NCBI GenBank assembly: GCA_051294905.1
Contig: CM119371.1
Location: 27,714,001-27,778,000, forward strand
Source: Botryllus schlosseri
Lineage: Eukaryota
Length of the DNA stretch: 64,000 nt
Direction: 5' to 3'
The notes beneath the pieces were generated by a model, which searched no databases, was not told the DNA's origin, and worked only from the letters and a program-made list of their open reading frames with translations. Shown in pieces: positions 62,322 to 64,000 of this stretch. A program made the position numbers and the translations under genes. Every line of letters begins with the position of its first letter. The stretch's first letter is position 1.

Positions 62322-62989
62322 GTTACATCACGTTGTCTGGCACCCAAGGTGAATTCTCGGTGGTGTTACCGAATGAAATTATTTGTAATGAGCTTGCGTT
62401 GATGGATATGAGTTTTGTCAGTGAATCTCTTGATCGAATTATAATCAATCGTGATCAAGCACTCTGGGAGCTACATAATGAGAAAGATCGAATAGTAGAA
62501 GCGTACCTAACACCACTTGGGAATTATGCAAACAACCTCGAGTTGACGCGAAGAATATTATCTGACAGTTTCAAACACTGTTTCACCGAAAGAATCAACG
62601 ATGAACTTTTCCGAATTCGTTACTCGAAACGTATCACACTCCACCCCACGGATATATTCACGAATTATTTCAGTGTAGTTGATCAAGTGTCGACACCAGT
62701 ATGTAATGTCACGTCGATCAAACCTAAACCAACTCAACCCCACCTCAGATATCTTTTTGTGTATATCAATGTACTACGACATCATCCGGTGGGTGATTAC
62801 ATGAGTCAATTGCTTCGTGTGATCCAAGTAAATAACGAGGCGTGTATGAGACAAGAAGTTGTATATGAAAAACCGTTTTATTTCCCAGTATCGATTAACT
62901 ACATCCGCGATATAAAAATCACCATCCGGGATCAATACGGTCAGTTAGTACATGATATAGAGACCACATTGACACTCCACGCACGATGA
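62318..62989 (+). CDS. Minor capsid protein paralogue 2
   Basis: ELALMDMSF ... YLFVYINV...VGD..SQLLRVI...PFYFPV..IKITIRDQYG...TLHAR. Confidence 0.85.
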   Translation: MSYITLSGTQGEFSVVLPNEIICNELALMDMSFVSESLDRIIINRDQALWELHNEKDRIVEAYLTPLGNYANNLELTRRILSDSFKHCFTERINDELFRIRYSKRITLHPTDIFTNYFSVVDQVSTPVCNVTSIKPKPTQPHLRYLFVYINVLRHHPVGDYMSQLLRVIQVNNEACMRQEVVYEKPFYFPVSINYIRDIKITIRDQYGQLVHDIETTLTLHAR

Positions 62990-63381
62990 AAATAGTGACG
63001 TTAACCACCTCTATGCTTGGTGTTGATTTTGAACACAGACTACTCACCATCAACAACATCCCGACAAGATATTGTGAATTAGCCCTCATGGAGATCGATT
63101 TCACTTTAACCGAACCGGCGATTGGTCAATATTTGTTTGTGTATTGCGATATTATTCACCCTCACTTACTTGGAGATGTGTTAGCGCGTTTATTACGAGT
63201 TATACCACTGACACCTGGTGATGTCACGCATAATTGGGTAGCGTCAAATCCGTATTATTTCCCTGTTTCAAAAGATGTTGTAGATTCTGTATGTCTTTAC
63301 CTCAGGGATGAGTTTGGGGAACCTATAAATATAATAAGTCGTTCATTGCAAGCTACATTTAACATTAGGAAGCGATTATGA
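62986..63381 (+). CDS. Minor capsid protein paralogue 3 (minimal, 131 aa)
   Basis: ELALMEIDF..YLFVYCDII...GD..RLLRVI...PYYFPV..LYLRDEFGEPI..ATFNIRK; lacks the variable insertion. Confidence 0.85.
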   Translation: MKIVTLTTSMLGVDFEHRLLTINNIPTRYCELALMEIDFTLTEPAIGQYLFVYCDIIHPHLLGDVLARLLRVIPLTPGDVTHNWVASNPYYFPVSKDVVDSVCLYLRDEFGEPINIISRSLQATFNIRKRL

Positions 63382-63749
63382 AAGTTGTTTTCACGTGTGA
63401 TCATCATTCTGTCCATCGTCATTATAACCAGACAGGTGATGGTTATGGATATTTTAGCGGTGGAGTTCAAGCCGGTTCCGGTATTGGGAGTTTGTTTAAA
63501 TCACTCGGTCGTTTAGTGACACCTATTGCGAAATACGCCGGTGGTCAATTGTTACGGACTGGAGGTGAAATAGCGAGAGATCTATTACGGGGTAACTCGA
63601 TCAAGTCTAGTGTTGTCAAGAGAAGTAAACAAGCTGGCGGTCGAGTGATTGATAAAATTTTAACCCCAAAAGCTATAAAAAGGAAAAAAACAAAGTCAAA
63701 GAACACTTCATCCAAACGTCGTCGTAAACAACAGGATATATTCGACTAA
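63378..63749 (+). CDS. Basic core protein precursor with Q-x-G-x-G motifs
   Basis: YNQTGDG..FSG..QAGSGIGSLFKSLGRLVTP, K/R-rich tail, terminal DIFD; typical gene just upstream of the Polinton MCP. Confidence 0.8.
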   Translation: MKVVFTCDHHSVHRHYNQTGDGYGYFSGGVQAGSGIGSLFKSLGRLVTPIAKYAGGQLLRTGGEIARDLLRGNSIKSSVVKRSKQAGGRVIDKILTPKAIKRKKTKSKNTSSKRRRKQQDIFD

Positions 63750-63754
63750 GAACT

Positions 63755-64000
63755 ATGTTGATGCACGCGGGTTCCCGAGAATGTCATAACTCCGGATTAA
63801 ACATATTTAGTATACCCCACACGCAAACCAGTATTGAGGAATCGCAATATGTCGTCGTCAAACCCCATAGTTTAGGTAATGTCATGGAAGTACAATTACC
63901 AAGGACGGATCGATATATGGATCTACAAAACACGTTCTTGAGGTTACGTTTGAAGCTCACTAAACGCGATGGAACTGATTTAGCAAACGATACACAAGTG
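63755..64000 (+). CDS. Major capsid protein (double jelly roll), 5' part; truncated by the window end
   Basis: MLMHAGSRECHNSGLNIFSIPHTQTSIEESQYVVVKP...YMDLQNTFLRLRLKLTKRDGT matches the Polinton MCP N-terminus (S.L.LF..P.TQTSI...Y.DL..T.L). Confidence 0.9.
   Translation, partial: MLMHAGSRECHNSGLNIFSIPHTQTSIEESQYVVVKPHSLGNVMEVQLPRTDRYMDLQNTFLRLRLKLTKRDGTDLANDTQV

Larger units (their letters stand above)
50880..64000 (+). mobile_element. Polinton/Maverick (adintovirus-like) endogenous virus, left ~13 kb; continues beyond the window
   Basis: AGTAGT terminus at 50880, subterminal repeat array, pPolB, A32-type ATPase, retroviral-type integrase, pentons and major capsid protein in a compact, partly overlapping gene array. 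Confidence 0.95.

Noticed and set aside
50880-64000. Adenain-type maturation protease expected in a Polinton
   Set aside because: Not found in the window, but the element is cut off at 64000, so absence cannot be claimed.
1-64000. tRNA, rRNA or other structured RNA genes
   Set aside because: No cloverleaf, A/B-box pair or rRNA-like segment recognised by eye; a covariance-model scan was not possible.

Overview
AT-rich invertebrate animal genomic DNA; the species cannot be determined from sequence alone. Three spliced host genes can be reconstructed with phase-consistent GT-AG introns. (1) The last two exons of a core-2/I-branching GlcNAc transferase (GT14/GCNT, +, 142-1963). (2) A complete six-exon Wnt1 (+, 26772-40646, about 570 aa) with an unusually long N-terminus. 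(3) The four 3' exons of a CAP/SCP-domain, Thr-rich, probably GPI-anchored protein (-, 43349-50569). Intergenic and intronic DNA holds many non-autonomous hAT-type elements with 8-bp TSDs, including a 1.6-kb near-perfect palindrome nested inside another MITE. From 50880 to the window end lies the left 13 kb of a Polinton/Maverick (adintovirus-like) endogenous virus, apparently inserted in an intron of the CAP gene. It contains an AGTAGT terminus, a G-rich subterminal array, a tandem-OB-fold (RPA-like) gene, pPolB, packaging ATPase, integrase-chromodomain, three penton paralogues, core proteins and the start of the major capsid protein. Most striking: the 1115-aa pPolB ORF is uninterrupted, yet its polymerase and exonuclease catalytic motifs are substituted while its OTU-like protease dyad is kept. 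It is preceded by what looks like a four-intron micro-exon leader that removes every upstream ATG.
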